DNA from: Isurus oxyrinchus
Lineage: Eukaryota
Direction of reading: 5' to 3'
DNA: 64,000 nt
Assembly (NCBI GenBank): GCA_026770705.1
Contig: JANJGN010000010.1
Coordinates: 46,996,001-47,060,000, forward strand
The translations under genes and the position numbers were made by a program. The notes under the pieces are model-generated. The model was not told the origin of the DNA. It saw nothing but the letters and a program-made list of their open reading frames with translations, and did not search any database. Shown here piece by piece: positions 9,898 to 22,929 of the stretch. Numbering within the stretch: position 1 is the stretch's first letter; each line of letters starts with the position of its first letter.

Positions 9898-12800
9898 TGC
9901 TTTAGAAGGTGCTAGGCAGCATTGTAGGAGGAGCCGCAGAGGTATCTGGGTATTTAAAAACTAGTTTATTTACACTATTTACAGTATGCACATAGTGAGT
10001 TATCAGGAAGCCCCTCAGGACTGCTTGTCTGTTCCCTACAGTACCTAGCATACTGCCTGACATTAGTGCCACTATGTGCTCCATAGATTAGCATATCTAT
10101 TCTGTTTTCCCTTTATACTACACCTCCCCCCCAAGTACACTATCTTTTTAACAACAATACAAAACTATCTCTAACTAGTTACATGTCCTTTGTTTTTAAG
10201 CTATTTGTATTGCTGTCCCCTTTTCCCCGACGCCCCCCACCAAATCCCCCAGTTACAGATTGAGTCTCTGAGGAGCCTTCACCACTCTGCTCGGGTGTGT
10301 TCTGGTTACTGCTCCACTGGGTCGAAGGACTGGGAGTGGGTCCTAGGGTGGGTCAATACCTTCAGAGCATCTGGAGTGTTTCAGGATTCTATTGGCCACA
10401 TTTCATGTCGTCGGAACCATGTGGTCTGGTGCAATGTGGGCTATTCTGTTTCTTCAGATTGTACCAGACAATGAGAATGACATCTTCAGCTTTTTGGTCC
10501 TGAATCTAGACTTGTTGGTCCAGTGCCAAAGATGGCAAAGCTTTTGATTTGTGCCTGGTATTGAAACATTGGTGTTATTTCTCCTGGGAGTTCAACTTCT
10601 TCGCCCTCACTGTGTTATAGTCAGCGGAGGTGATATTCTGCTGAAGGCTTGCAGGCAACAGAGGAATATATGTTTTTAAATGATGGCCCATAAGGATTTG
10701 GCTGGAGAGAATCCCTTGGCTGAGGGAGTGGCCTGATACTGCATGTGAGCCAAATGCCAATCCGAATTCTTGGATATCAGGTCCTTACTAGTGCGGATTG
10801 CTCGCTCTGCTTCCCTGTTGGCTTGTGGATAAAGAGGAGGGCTTGAGACATGAGTGAACTGCTGAAAATGGTCGTTTGCGAATAGGGGTCTGTTATCTGA
10901 AATAATTTCATCCAGAAGCCCATGGGTGTAAAAAATGATCTGTAGTGCTTTGATGACGAACTCCACTGTGGTTGTATGGAGCTTGATTATCTCTGACATT
11001 CGAGAATAATAATCAAAAATCATAAGGTAAGTCTTGCTATGGAAGTCAAAGAGGTCGCGGCCTAGCTTCTGCCATGGGTGATGAGGAAAGACAGACGGTA
11101 TCAGGGTTTGCATTGGTGCCAGAGTGCGAATGCAGGAGGTGTGGCAAGATAGGCCAAAACCCTGGACTGCTCGTTTATACCAGGCCACTACACTGATTGT
11201 AGGGCTCTCGCTCTGCATTTAGCAATGCTGAGGTGATCCCCAAGGAGAATGTGAAGAATATCTTGTCACATAGCACATGGATTGACCAAAAGATGGTCAT
11301 AAACTAGGAGGTCATCTACAATGATCAAATGGGCTCTTGGCATTTGCAGATAAGACGTCGGTAAGGTTGTATTTGGACCACCCTTAGAGACAGAACTCCA
11401 CTGTTTAACACATTTGGCATCTTCCTTTTGAGTGTGTTGAGCATCCTGGAGCTTCTTGGCAGATATGGGCAGGGGGCTCATGACGGTGGAAGAAAATGCT
11501 TCCACTTCTGACAGCAATGTAGAATCGAGGGCAACAGTGTGGTTGACCAGGGCTCTAGAGAGAGCATCAGCCATGGTTTGTGACTTCCCTGGGACACAGA
11601 CAGCTGTAAATTGGTACCGCATCAACTGGAGGTAGAATTGTTGAATTCCATCTCCATGGAATTGAGAAGTGTTATAAGGGGCTTGTGGTCTGTTTTCGTC
11701 TGGAATGGTGGCCCCATCGGGTAATCAGAAAAATGCTCGATCGCCTATGTATCCACCAGTACCTCCTTCTCAATAGTGGTATACCTTCGTTCAGTTTCCA
11801 TGAGAGCTCTTGAAGCAAAATAAACATGCTTTCTATCACCGTTCTTTTGCAGCTGTATGTGAATACCGCTGAGGCCCATAGAGGAAGCATCTGCAGTGAC
11901 AACTGTTGGCAACGTGGGGTGATAGTGCGCCAGGACATACAAGGAGATTAGGCAAGATTTGAATGAGCAAAAGGCATTGATTTGTTCCATGGCCTAGAAC
12001 CACTGTTGACCCTTCTATGAGAGATCTTTCTCTCAAGGATTCTGAGAGTGTGGCCAAGTTAAAGATAAACTTTCCCACCCGGTTTTCCATCCACATAAAA
12101 GTTGAATATCAGTGATGCACGTTAGTTGGAGAAACTCAGTGGTGGTTTTCTGAGGATCAACCGTAATACTGTGCCATTGAATGATGTGTCCAGGAATTTT
12201 ATGTTGGTTCTGGTGAACTCACACGTCATTCAGCGTGGGACCTGCTTCCTGGAGCGCCTACGGTCATGTTTGGCTCTTGTGGAACCTTGTATGAGGATGT
12301 CGTCCAAATGGTAGATAACCCCTTGACAGCCCCTCGAGGACTGTTGACATGGTATGTTGAAATATCTCAAAGGCAGACAAAATGCCAAAAGGGAGGCGGT
12401 TAAAACAAAATAGACCAAAGGGTGTGATAAAGGTCATCAGGAGCTGGATTCCGTGTGGAGGTGTATTTGTCAAAAGCTGCTGTTCTCATCGAGCTTCGTG
12501 AAAAGGATGCTATTGGCGAGCTTAGCCAAACTGTTGTCTACTGAGTGGACTTCCCTCTGAACTGCTATATTTAGCTGCATAAGATCCACACAAACTCAGA
12601 GGTGGCCATAAAGATTGGGAACGGTGATAACAGCAGAACACCAACGGGTTGGTTGTGTGACTGGGGAAATAAAGCACCTGTGTAATATGTCATCAAGTTC
12701 CTCTTTAACCTTTGGCAGTAGGGGGTGTGGCACTCTCCTAGGGGTGAACAGACAGACTGGCATGGCAACTGGGAGCAGAGAAATATGATTTTCAGTCTTT

Positions 12801-13961
12801 GGCTTCCCCAGCCCTTGAAAAAGTTGTGGAAATTCCTGATGGAAGGTGACCCTGGTGTCAGATGGAAGAGTCGCATCGACTTTTTGTATGATGTCTAACT
12901 GTAGACATGCGTTCCTGTAAAACAGGGAAATGGCTTGGTTGCGGATGACAAAGGGTTTCTGTGATCTGACAGCGCTTATGGCATAGTGTGATGGTAATCT
13001 GGCCCTTAACATTTAGGTGTATTTGACCCAGCCCTACAGTTTCATAATAGAAGGCTGAAGGGAAATTGTGCAGAGCCATGCAAGATGATCAGCCAGTACA
13101 GGTCCCACTGCACCTGTGTCAAGTTGGGAACCCTCCGACCTCTATATTGATGGACCAAAAGTCCTGGGAACGCTGGCGAAGTTCACCTAGGAAGTGAGAG
13201 TGGGGCAGTAATTGTTAGTGGCGTCGTCATTGGTCCTGTTAGAGACTCTAACGGAGCAGAAACACTGGAAAAGTCCCATCCTACCACATCTGAAACACTC
13301 AAGAGTACACCCACTGGGCAACCCTGCCATTTGTTGTGTCATCTTGCGCCATAGCACAGATATTTCAAAATGGCAATGGAGTGGTTTCCTGCCTTTTGTA
13401 CCACTTTGATGAGCTTCCGCCCAGGCGAAATTACTGAGTGCAGTGCCACAAAAGAACGGAAGGAACCAACCTGGACTAGTATTGGGCATTTCCCACAGTG
13501 CGTCCGGCAGCAGCAATCTCTGTGTAAGACTCCTAGGCTTGAAAATGAGCGGGGTAGGGACAGTGACTGTTTATGCAGTGCTACCATTGCTACCCTAGTG
13601 TATGGTGAGTGGATTGCTGGGATGCTCTATGAGACATAGCTGTCTTGGACTGTGGGTGTTCATCGTGTGGCACCAACAATGGACTAAATTGGTGCTGCCA
13701 CCACTGCTACCATGTTGTAGAAGGTGCTAGGCCAGGGCTGTAGCAAGTAGGAGCCACAGGCATAGCAGGGTATTTCTTAAAAACTAATTTATTTACACTA
13801 TTTACAGTACATACACTGAGTGTTATCAGGAAGGCACATCGCTCCTCAGGGCTGCCTGTCTGCTCCCTACAGTACCTAGCACATGACTGCCTGATGTCAC
13901 TGCCACATCATCATGTGCCCCATAGATTAGCGTAACCATTCTGTTAACCCTTCACACTACA
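9898..13961 (-). mobile_element. Ty3/Gypsy LTR retrotransposon, both LTRs present, coding region decayed
   Basis: LTRs at 9898-10122 and 13713-13961 (TG...CA). 5-bp TSD TCAAT at 9893-9897 and 13962-13966. PBS tggtagcagtgg (tRNA-iMet type) at 13701-13712; PPT at 10123-10132. Minus-strand remnants in PR-RT-RH-IN order: zinc knuckle CFRCGRMGLF, protease LDTGA, RT FCFNRLPFGI / LDDILI, RNase H ADASSMGL...ERRYTTIEKE, integrase PWQKLGRDLF...ISDN...NREAERAI. Confidence 0.93.
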
Positions 13962-13966
13962 TCAAT

Positions 13967-14430
13967 CATCTCCAAGTCTTCTCTTATCCTGTTCTGGTGC
14001 CCATTCGTGCAAAACTTCATAGCTTCTTCAGTGCTTCTATGTCCTTTTTATAGTATGGAGACCAGAACTGTGCACAGTACTCCAATTGCAGCCTGACCAA
14101 GGCCCTATACAAATTTAACTTAACTTCACTACTTTTTAATTCTATACCCCTAGAAATAAATCAAAGGGAAAGCAAAATACTGCAGATGTTAAAGATTTGA
14201 AATAAAACAGAAAAACTCAGCAGGTCCAGCAGCATATGTGGAGAGAGAAACAGAGTTAACATTTCAAGTCCAATATGACTCTTCTTTGCAATATATCAAA
14301 GTGCTTTGTAGCATTTTTGATTGCTTTTCTGACCTGAGTTGTGCTTATAATGACTTGTTCACCTGCATCCCTAAATCCCTTCGCTCTTCCAACACATTCA
14401 GTTTTTTATTTTCTAAGGTATAGGCGATGT
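13967..14430 (-). mobile_element. CR1 fragment (host of the Gypsy element), with a small Penelope-derived insert at ~14168-14287
   Basis: gaccagaactgtgcacagtactcc is reverse CR1 RT; aaagcaaaatactgcagatg... is a Penelope pLTR. Confidence 0.7.
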
Positions 14431-14664
14431 TTCTATTTTTCCTTAAACCTCCATTCCTTCAATATTTCTGGTTCAATATCCCACCAGACACCATAACAAG
14501 CAGTAGCAGTTCAAGAAGGCCCAACACCTTAAGAGATGGGCACTAAATACAGCTTAGACAGAAAAAGATCAAGAAAAGGCCAAGGTCTGATTCATCTTCC
14601 ACGATCCTGGCAGTCTTATGATACAAAATCATCCTGATGTACATGTTAAACTTGTTGAATGTCT

Positions 14665-15660
14665 TTTTTAAAATTCTTTTTATGGTAAATGGGCGTCACT
14701 GGCTAGACTAGCATTTATTGCCCATCCCTAATTGCCCTTATGAAGATGGTAGTGAGCTGCCTTCTTGAACTGCTGCAGTCCATGTTATGCAGGTATACCC
14801 ACAGTACTGTTAGGGAGGGAGTTCCAGGATTTTGACCCAGTGACCGTGAAGGAACATCAATATAGTTCCAAGTCAGGGTGCTGTGTGGCTTGGAGGGGAA
14901 CTTCCAGGTATCTACTAGCCTTGTACTTCTAGGTGGCAGAGGTTGTGGGTTTTGGAGCTGCTGTCATAGGAGCCTTGGTGAGTTTCTGCAGTGCGTCTTG
15001 TAGATGGTACACACTGATGACAGTATGCGTCGGTGGTGGTAGGAATGGATATTAAAGGTGGTGGATTGGGTGCCAATCAAGCAGGCTGCTTTGTCCTGGA
15101 TGGTGTCAAGCTTCTTCAGTGTTGTTGGAGCTGCACTCATTCAGGCAAGTGGAGAGTATTCCAACACATTCCTGACTTGTGCCTTGTAAATGGTGGACAG
15201 GCTTTAGGGAGTCAGGAAGTTGAGTTATTCGTGGCAGAATTCCCAGCCTCTGACCTGCTCATGTAGCCATAGTATTCATATGGCTGGTCCAGTTCAGTTT
15301 CTGGTCAATGGTTACCCCCAGGATGCTGATAGTGGGGGATTCCGTGATGGTAATGCCATTGAATGTCAAGGGGAGATGGTTAGATTCTCTCTTGTTGGAG
15401 ATGGTCATTGCCTGGCACTTGTGCGGCATGAATGTTACTTGCCATTTATCAGCCGCAGCTTGAACGTTGTCCAGGTCTTGCTGGGCATTGGCATGGATTG
15501 CTTCATATTCTGAGAGGTTGCGAGTGGTGCTGAACATTGTGCAATCATCAGCAAACATCCCCATTTCTGACCTTATGATGATTTCTGACCTCATTGATGA
15601 AGATGATTGGGTCTAGGACATTACCCTGAAGAACTCCTGCAAAGATGTTCTGGGACTTGC
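14665..15660 (-). mobile_element. CR1-superfamily LINE (family B), 5'-truncated
   Basis: MFADDCTMF...QQDLDNVQAAADKWQVTFMPHKCQAM...ILGVTIDQKLNWTSH. Confidence 0.9.
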
Positions 15661-15959
15661 CAGTAACTGATGAAAACGTGCACCAACAAAAATAACCAAT
15701 TTATAAGTAAAAGCATGTCCATTACAAATAACTCTGCAGACTCATCTCTGATTCATAAATTGGATACTACATCCAGTTTGGAACATATACAAATGATTGA
15801 ATTAATAACTATCTTTAGGCATTCTGGTGCACATCTGTCCACTGAGATTTTAGAATGGATAGAATGGACAACTTTTATTTTTCAACGGGTAGCAGTGAGA
15901 AGACAATAGGGAGGGTTACAGATTGGAAATCAGGCTCAAATTTATCTCTCAACTATCAC

Positions 15960-16490
15960 AATAACAACTTGCATTTACTTAGCCCCCATTAAAGTAATAA
16001 AAATGTTTCAAGGCACATCACAGAAGCATTATCATACAAAATTTGGTATTAAGCTTCGTAAAGATATATTGAGGCATGTGGCCAAGGAGTGACCTTGAAG
16101 AAAGAGAGAGAAGAGGCAAAAAGGTTTGGGTGGAGGTTGGTGGGGATGGGGGGTGGGGGGGGGGGGGGTATTTCCAGAGATTAGGGCCCAGGTAGCTGAG
16201 GACATGGTTGCCATTCGTGAAGCAATTAAAATTGGGAAGCGATGAAAATCAATGCGCAAGAAGTCAGAATTGAAGGAGCACAGAGATCTCTGAGGGATAT
16301 TGGACTGGAGGAGGTTACAGAGATAGGGAGGGGCAACACAATGGAGGGATTTGAAAACAAATACAAACATTTTAAAATCAAGCTATTGCCAGACCAGGAG
16401 TCAGCAAGCAGAAGGATAATGGGTTAACTGGGCTTGGTGCAAATAAGAGTAAGAGTGACAAAAGGTTTGGAGGAGCTAAACTTTAGGAAG
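15960..16490 (-). mobile_element. L2-clade LINE 3' fragment
   Basis: VFKSLHCVAPPYLCNLLQ...RSLCSFNS, with L2-type tail aaatgcaagttgtt. Confidence 0.75.
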
Positions 16491-17416
16491 CAAAGTGGGG
16501 CTGAACGGTCTCCTTTTATATTGAAATTTCCATGAAATGGTGCGAACGGAGAAGTCATTATTTTCTAGAAGGAAAGCTAAACTTCAAAAGAAATTTATTG
16601 GCTGTAAAGTGCACTGAGTGCAGGTTTTTTCTTTGGGCGGAATTTTCTGGTGCCGACAGCAGCAGGCATCGTGGGGAGCAGACCCAGAAAATTTGGAGTG
16701 CGGCCAAAAGTCAGTTTCCCTCTGGTGTGAAAAATGATTGCAATTTTCTGCTCCCGGGTTTCATGCCAGTCCCTCTATGTCTGGAAACACATTACTTGCC
16801 TTTGCATCTCGTGAATGCTCATTAAAAACCCAGCTTGCCAGAATCAGGACCCCACTCCAAAACTAATGGCCACACCAGCAGCTAATTAGGTCATTGTGAA
16901 TCATGACTGGAAATAACTGGTCTGCAACACGAACCGCACTTCACTCATGACTTCAAGGTTTGTATGCACAGTAGCTGCCTTCACTGCACTGTGTAGCACT
17001 CACAGCTGCTCTGAATCTGTGCAAAGGCTGCTGAACAAGATTAGCGGTAAGGGAAGGAAATAGGCTGGAAGACACATGCTTGACTTGGGTGGGTGGCTGG
17101 AGCACAGGAGGGAAGGGGTGGACAGTGGCACATGATTTGGTGGGGGGGGGCGGGTTGTGACTAACAGGGACAAGGGAAAGTGCTGGAAGGACTTGATTGG
17201 GCAGGTGGTGAGACTAGACAGAGGCAAGGGAAGGTGCTAGAAGGCGCACGCTTGACTCAGGGGGTTGATGGCTGGAGTGCAGGAGGGAAGGGTGGACTGA
17301 GGCTGGAAAAGGATTAAAAGAACATAGGAAGGAAGGGGCGGGTAAAGGCACATGGCTGGGGGCGGGGGTTAGTTAAAGGAGTACAGTAGGAGGGATAAGT
17401 CTAAGGGAGTCCGAGG

Positions 17417-17575
17417 GCAGTACGCACCATATAATCAGGGCCAGAAAGCAGAGACAGCCCTGGGGCAGTGCGCACCATGTAATCAGGGCCAGAAAGCAGA
17501 GGCAGTCCTGTTGCAGTGTGCACTATGTAATCGAGGCAAGAAAGCAGGGACAGTCCTGCGGCAGTGCGCACCATG
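17417..17575. repeat. 48-bp tandem repeat, ~3.3 units
   Basis: Units start at 17417, 17465, 17513 and 17561 (gcagtgcgcaccatgtaatcagggccagaaagcagag...). Confidence 0.9.
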
Positions 17576-18699
17576 CTACAAGGCTATGCCTGGCATGCAA
17601 GTCCTGGTCCCAGTCCAGGGTGGGGAAGGGCTTGTCTATCCTGTGTCAATCGTGCACGCCATGGCGGGGAGGTCTCGGTAGGTAACTGCACCTCAAGATG
17701 GGGAGGGGTCAGGTCGACATGGGGCATCAAGTCAGCAGAAAATGAAGGGAGGACAGGGATATCTACAAGAATTATTGGCCTCCAGGATTAGAGGGGGAGG
17801 AAGGAAAGTGATCAAAGGGAGGGAAACCAGCCCACAATGCACTTCCAGGACAATGGGAGGGACTTGGACAGTCATGCAGGGTTGGGGGGAGGGGAGGGGG
17901 GTGCAAGTGGTATTGGAAGCTGGTCTTATGATAGAAGCAGAGCAGCACCATTTCGACAGCTGATGGAATGATGAAAGATAACCTGAGAAAAAAAAAATCA
18001 CTAGGGGAGGGGTCTGAGGGCTTGGGACAGGAGTCGACTGCTGCACTTTTGGGCCAACTGAAGGGACACCCTAATAATTGCCACTTCAGGACATGGAGAG
18101 CAAGGCTCAGCTGAGACATGTTAGGAATATTCAAATGCCAACTGAAGGATTTAGGCACCTTAACTCATGGTGCACATTCTTGCAAGAATCCATTGCAGTT
18201 TGGGGCCAAATGTTGATTGGGCTTGAATGACCATTTGTCCATCTCATAGGAATGCGCAAAGCTCAGAAGGATCCAACTGTAAAGGGGCAACAGCTAAAAA
18301 GGATATGCAAAATGCTCCCAATACATATTGCAGCTGAGAGGTTCAAGCTTTACACATCTCAACAATTACAGTCATTACATTAGTGCAAGGTTGGGCTCTA
18401 GTCTATTCTAAAGGAGGCAGCCCTGACTTGAGGCTGATATGCTCATCCACGTCCAACCTCTTTTGTGAAAGCGCGATCATGCCTGGGGCATTATTGGGTG
18501 GGTGCACGGTGGGGTTGGTATCCAGCTTCCAGTGATCCTTGAGGCTATGCAACAGCTGCAAGTGAGGATCTAGGGATGGGATGCCTGGAATGAGGGCAGC
18601 CAAAGGACTTCACAGTGGCGATAAGAAGGTAATCATGTCTCTGTTCAATCTTGCCACAGAGTAGAAGAGGAGCACAGAATGGAGGCAGCAGGCAACATT

Positions 18700-19834
18700 G
18701 CCTTTTTCATGGCTCTCATGCAACTGAGGAGAGAAGGGCCAGTCCCTGTCAGGTAGGGCAAAGGGATGAGCCTTGCCCTGAGAAACATGGGCCAGGGAGC
18801 CCCACGAAGATCCAGAGACCAACTGCACGGAGGCAACTCAGGGTTTACCAAAGACACCTCTCATACTTGCAGATGAGCAAGAGACAGTGCCGTAGATGCC
18901 TTCACTTGTCAAGGGATGTGGTGGCTCATGTCTACTACATTCTTTGGTTGAATCTAATGCTGCACAGCCTGGAGGTCATCCATTGCCAGTGGCTCTAAAG
19001 ATGATCGCTGCACTGAATTTATTTGCGAGTGACTTGTTCCAGGGTTCCACTGGGACCTCTGCAGAATTTCACAATCCTCTGCTCATAAATACATCCGAGG
19101 TTACCAATGTCCTATTCAGTAAGGCAAATAATTATGTCCAGTTCTCCCTAGATGAAGCCAACCAAGCTGCCAGAGCAATGAGATTTTCAGCGATATCCGG
19201 CTCCCCACAGGTGCAGGGTGCCATCGACTACACATGTGACTTTAAGAGCTCCCTGGCAGCAGCCCTGGCAGCAGCCCTACAATTCATCAATTGAAAAGGC
19301 TTCCACTCTCTCAACGTGCAGCTGATCTGTAACCACCAGAAGTAGATTATGCAGGTCTGTGCAAAATACCCTGGGAGCACACATGACTCTTATACCTTGT
19401 GTCACTAAGAGGTCCCACAGATCTGCGAGGAACCTGATGCATTCAGGGCTGACTCATTGATGACTGAAGCTACCCCCAAAAGATGTGGCCAATGACATCC
19501 ATCCTAATGACGGCTACAAAGTGCTTCAGAGAAGAGGTATAATGCAGCTCATTCTGCGACATGGTCCTTGATTGAGCAGATCATTGGCATGCTGAAGAGC
19601 AATTTCCGATGTCTGAACTGGCCAGGCAGCACTTTCCATTACTCTCCCCAGAGGCTGTCCATCATCATCATGGTTTGCTGCACTCTACACAACCTGGTGC
19701 TCCAAAGGGGGGATGAGTTGCCAGACAGTGAGATGGAGGAGCTGCACGTTTTCTCCAATGAGGATGACATCGCGAAGGATGAGCTCAATGAGAAAGGGAA
19801 TGTTGAGGCTTCAGAGGAAGAGACCATAGTATAG
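18700..19834 (+). pseudogene. Harbinger (HARBI1-like, DDE_Tnp_4) transposase, frameshifted
   Basis: LPVALKMIAALNLFASDLFQ, VQGAIDYT, KGFHSLNVQLIC, YPGSTHDS, IEQIIGMLKSNFRCL, CCTLHN; multiple stops and frameshifts. Confidence 0.9.
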
Positions 19835-21539
19835 GCCAAAGTGACAGATGGGTCCGTGAAATCCTTATAGCCACAAGGTACTAGGATGATGAAGACGAAG
19901 AGCTCATACAAGCCTCTTCCACCTGTTCCCCACATGCAGGCTTGACATTAACACTTTCTTTGCTAGACTCAACATCTCAATGGAGGTTATCAATCTCAGA
20001 ATGAATAGTCATGATCTTGTATGACGATGGCCTCAGCCTTGTAAGGCTAGGTAGCCTCTGGAACATGTTGCATTCTGTTGTGGGATAAGAAATTTACCGA
20101 AGTGCACTATAAAGAAATTAGATATGGTGCTATCTTTTCAAGCATCACGCCAACATTTCACTGCCTATGGCAGCTTTCAAGAGGCAGGAACACTATTGCT
20201 AACCTCTGTGCACTCATGACAGTATGCCTGGAGAGTTGCAAGGCGCCTCAAGGAGGACAATCATCAATCACTGGTTCTCACATGAACGTCTGAGGACTGA
20301 TCTGAATCCAGACTGCGGCATCTCTTCACAGGCCATCCCTCATGCAATGAGTCCCCAGCATGAGATTGTTCTTTAGGATGCAGTGATCTGTCACTTTCAG
20401 TCATGGAAGCAAGCCTGTGAGCCAGGTCAACTTTATGTGCACACAGAGAGCTTCAGCAGCACCATCTTCTGATTATTGACAAGCACTCATGACCCATCCT
20501 TCATATGGAACTTCCCAAGTTCATCTCCAGCATTGCCTTGGCATCTGTGGCTTAGAAAATGCTGACTCTGCGTTTCGGTATTACTTAGTAACTTCGTTGA
20601 CAATAAAGAGCACACATCAGATGTACTGTGAACTTTGCTCTGATCCCATTTGAGGCTTCCATATTTTCATTCCAACAGTTTCAGATATACACAAGTAAAC
20701 ATGGGGCACTGATGGCATTGTCATGATCAGATACTTGTGTCAATCGGAGGCCTAGCTCAGGGATAATGTCAAAACACGCTAGCTGGACCTTCAGGTTCAA
20801 AGTAGCAACCTACCATTTAATAGTCCCGCATCTGGCACACACCTCTGATCTTTCATAGTCATGGTTGTCTAACAGACATTTCAGAAGTCACCAGCTATAC
20901 CTCTGAATCATGCAGGTGAAGATTGGGAACTACTATAGGGGTACTATAGGTTTAGTTACATGTGGTCACAACATCACGCTACAGGCCGCCATATGCACCT
21001 ACGATCCCTGCCTATTACTTCAAAAGTTACCAACACTCAAACCTTACAGACATTACATGGATGCCACTGAAAGATGCACCGAGTTAGATTGGCTCCAATG
21101 TGGGTCACCATTAAAACCTATAAGATCCACATAGACCAGTCTTCAGTGCAGCAGCATTGGGGGAATAAACCAAACTGCAAAATCTATACTCATGAGGCCA
21201 CATGTTATGATCCTCCAATGCAAGTCTAAGATATGCACTGCCCAACATCATGTTGATAGAATAAGAGGCTTTGCTCTTGTTGGTGCTGAGGACAGGAAGG
21301 TGACTCACTGTACTGAGATTATGTGAGGCACCATAGACCTGAAGTGCATAATGAGAGATAAGTCGGCGGGGTGGTGGTGGGGTTACTTGTTACACTTGTT
21401 ATGACCTCAGAGCTTTGCATCAGATAGAAGGGCCATCCACTTTCAGATAATTTCAGATAAGCAAAATATATTTACAGATGTGCAAAGTATATACAGTAAT
21501 TTTTTTTTGCCTTACCATTATGTCTAGGTGCTTATCACA

Positions 21540-22550
21540 CATCCGCAACCGCGGTGGAGGCAACCTGCTGACTCTAATGCCCTGTTGTCTGCGATCACCT
21601 TGTCAGGTACCCTCTGGAGGGCCGAGGCCTGAAGGGTCCACCCTGTTTTTGCACCTTCTGCTGTGGGGCAGGTGCATCCTCCTTCGCCTGAGCAGCTGGA
21701 GTTGCTGGGGTCTCAGACAGAGGGGACTTGGAGTAGCTGGACAGCTCAGGTGAGTCCTGGGTGGATTGCTCCAGGATGTCCGGCTGACACTCCTCCTCTC
21801 TGTGGGTGCTCCAGGACCAACACCACACCCCCCGCACTGCACCCCGACACCTTGAGGAGAAGGGGCTCCTGGAGGGAGATTGAGCTGCCCTGTCCCCTCT
21901 TGCATCACCACTGATGGATCCCACTTACGGCTATAGTGATGGCGCACAAGTCTGTGCACATATCCAGCACTGGACCAAAATCTCCATGGCAGATGCCACA
22001 CTTCCAGTGGTGACCTTGATATGCTGGCATATCAACGCCACGACATTATACAGAATGTAACTCTTTCGAGTACAAACCCGTTTCCATCTGTTTCAGATGA
22101 AGTTACATTGTTTCATAGCTTTGCCATTGTGAGATTTGAACTCTTGATCTTGGGGTTACAAACCCAGTACCATAACCACTTGGCTATTTAGGCCAAGCCG
22201 ATTATACAGAATGTAGATGGACTCCTCTATCCTCTGTTCTAATCTGCTGACGGCCTTTGACAACCCTGCCTGCTGTGCCCCTGCTTATCTGTCTGCTCCA
22301 ACATCTCTCTGAGGGCTGATTCCAGAGGGTCGTCATTGGTTCAGACTCAGCAGGAGCCTGGCCTCCAGCAGTCCTGAGAGTGTGGTGGCCTTGGCAGTCA
22401 CTGTCTGCCTGCTGTGGTCCTGAATCTATGCTGTGCTTACCAGATGATGACCCTGAAACTGCTCTAAACCTGGTCCCACCTAGGTGTGTATGTCTGCGCT
22501 GGTGGAGAGTGCAGGTGAATGCAGTGATGGCTCTACATCTAGTGGGTCCT
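21540..22550 (-). pseudogene. C-terminal exon of the Harbinger Myb/SANT partner gene (decayed)
   Basis: QGGPFRPRPSRG low-complexity C-terminus resembling 49577-49990 (KPGPPRPWLSRG); convergent with the transposase. Confidence 0.55.
22060..22200 (-). mobile_element. tRNA-Thr(TGT)-derived SINE, 141 bp
   Basis: Minus strand has A box TAGCCAAGTGG, anticodon arm CTGGG-TTTGTAA-CCCCA and B box GAGTTCAAATC. Perfect 15-bp TSD attatacagaatgta at 22045-22059 and 22201-22215. Confidence 0.85.
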
Positions 22551-22929
22551 CAAGATCCTCATCCAAGGTAGTCTGGGGGCAGGGGCTGATGGTTTGGCTG
22601 GCAGTGTGTCTCCTCCTTTTCTTATTGGCTGTAAAACATTTTGTGACATCCTAACGTTCTGACAGATGCTATACAAATGTAAATCATTCTTTCTTTCTTT
22701 CTTCAGCCAAACGTTCTTGTTCTTCACTTTAATCTTTATATCTTTAGCCATCCAGGTAGCCCTTCCTTTCCACCTTTTTTGAAAGTATTTAGTATATACC
22801 CAAAGTATCTCTTATGTGAAGGCGTCCCATTGATCATTTATGGTCATTTTCCTGCAAATTTTTGATTCTAATCCACCCAGGACAGATTCCTTTTCAACTC
22901 ACTGAAATTTTCCCTCCTCCAGAGTACAG

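Larger units (their letters stand above)
16635..22610 (+). mobile_element. Large PIF/Harbinger transposon relic (transposase on +, convergent Myb-like gene tail on -)
   Basis: Left TIR gggcggaattttc at 16635; transposase remnant at ~18700-19834; convergent Myb-partner C-terminus at ~21540-22550. Right end not found. Confidence 0.75.

Noticed and set aside
17417-17575. CRISPR-like regularly spaced repeats
   Set aside because: Units are contiguous with no unique spacers, there are no cas genes, and the DNA is eukaryotic.
18651-19834. Domesticated HARBI1 gene
   Set aside because: Multiple stops and frameshifts inside a TIR-bearing element.
22120-22195. Functional tRNA-Thr gene
   Set aside because: Acceptor and T stems do not pair properly, there is no oligo-T terminator, and it is flanked by a TSD, so it is a SINE head.
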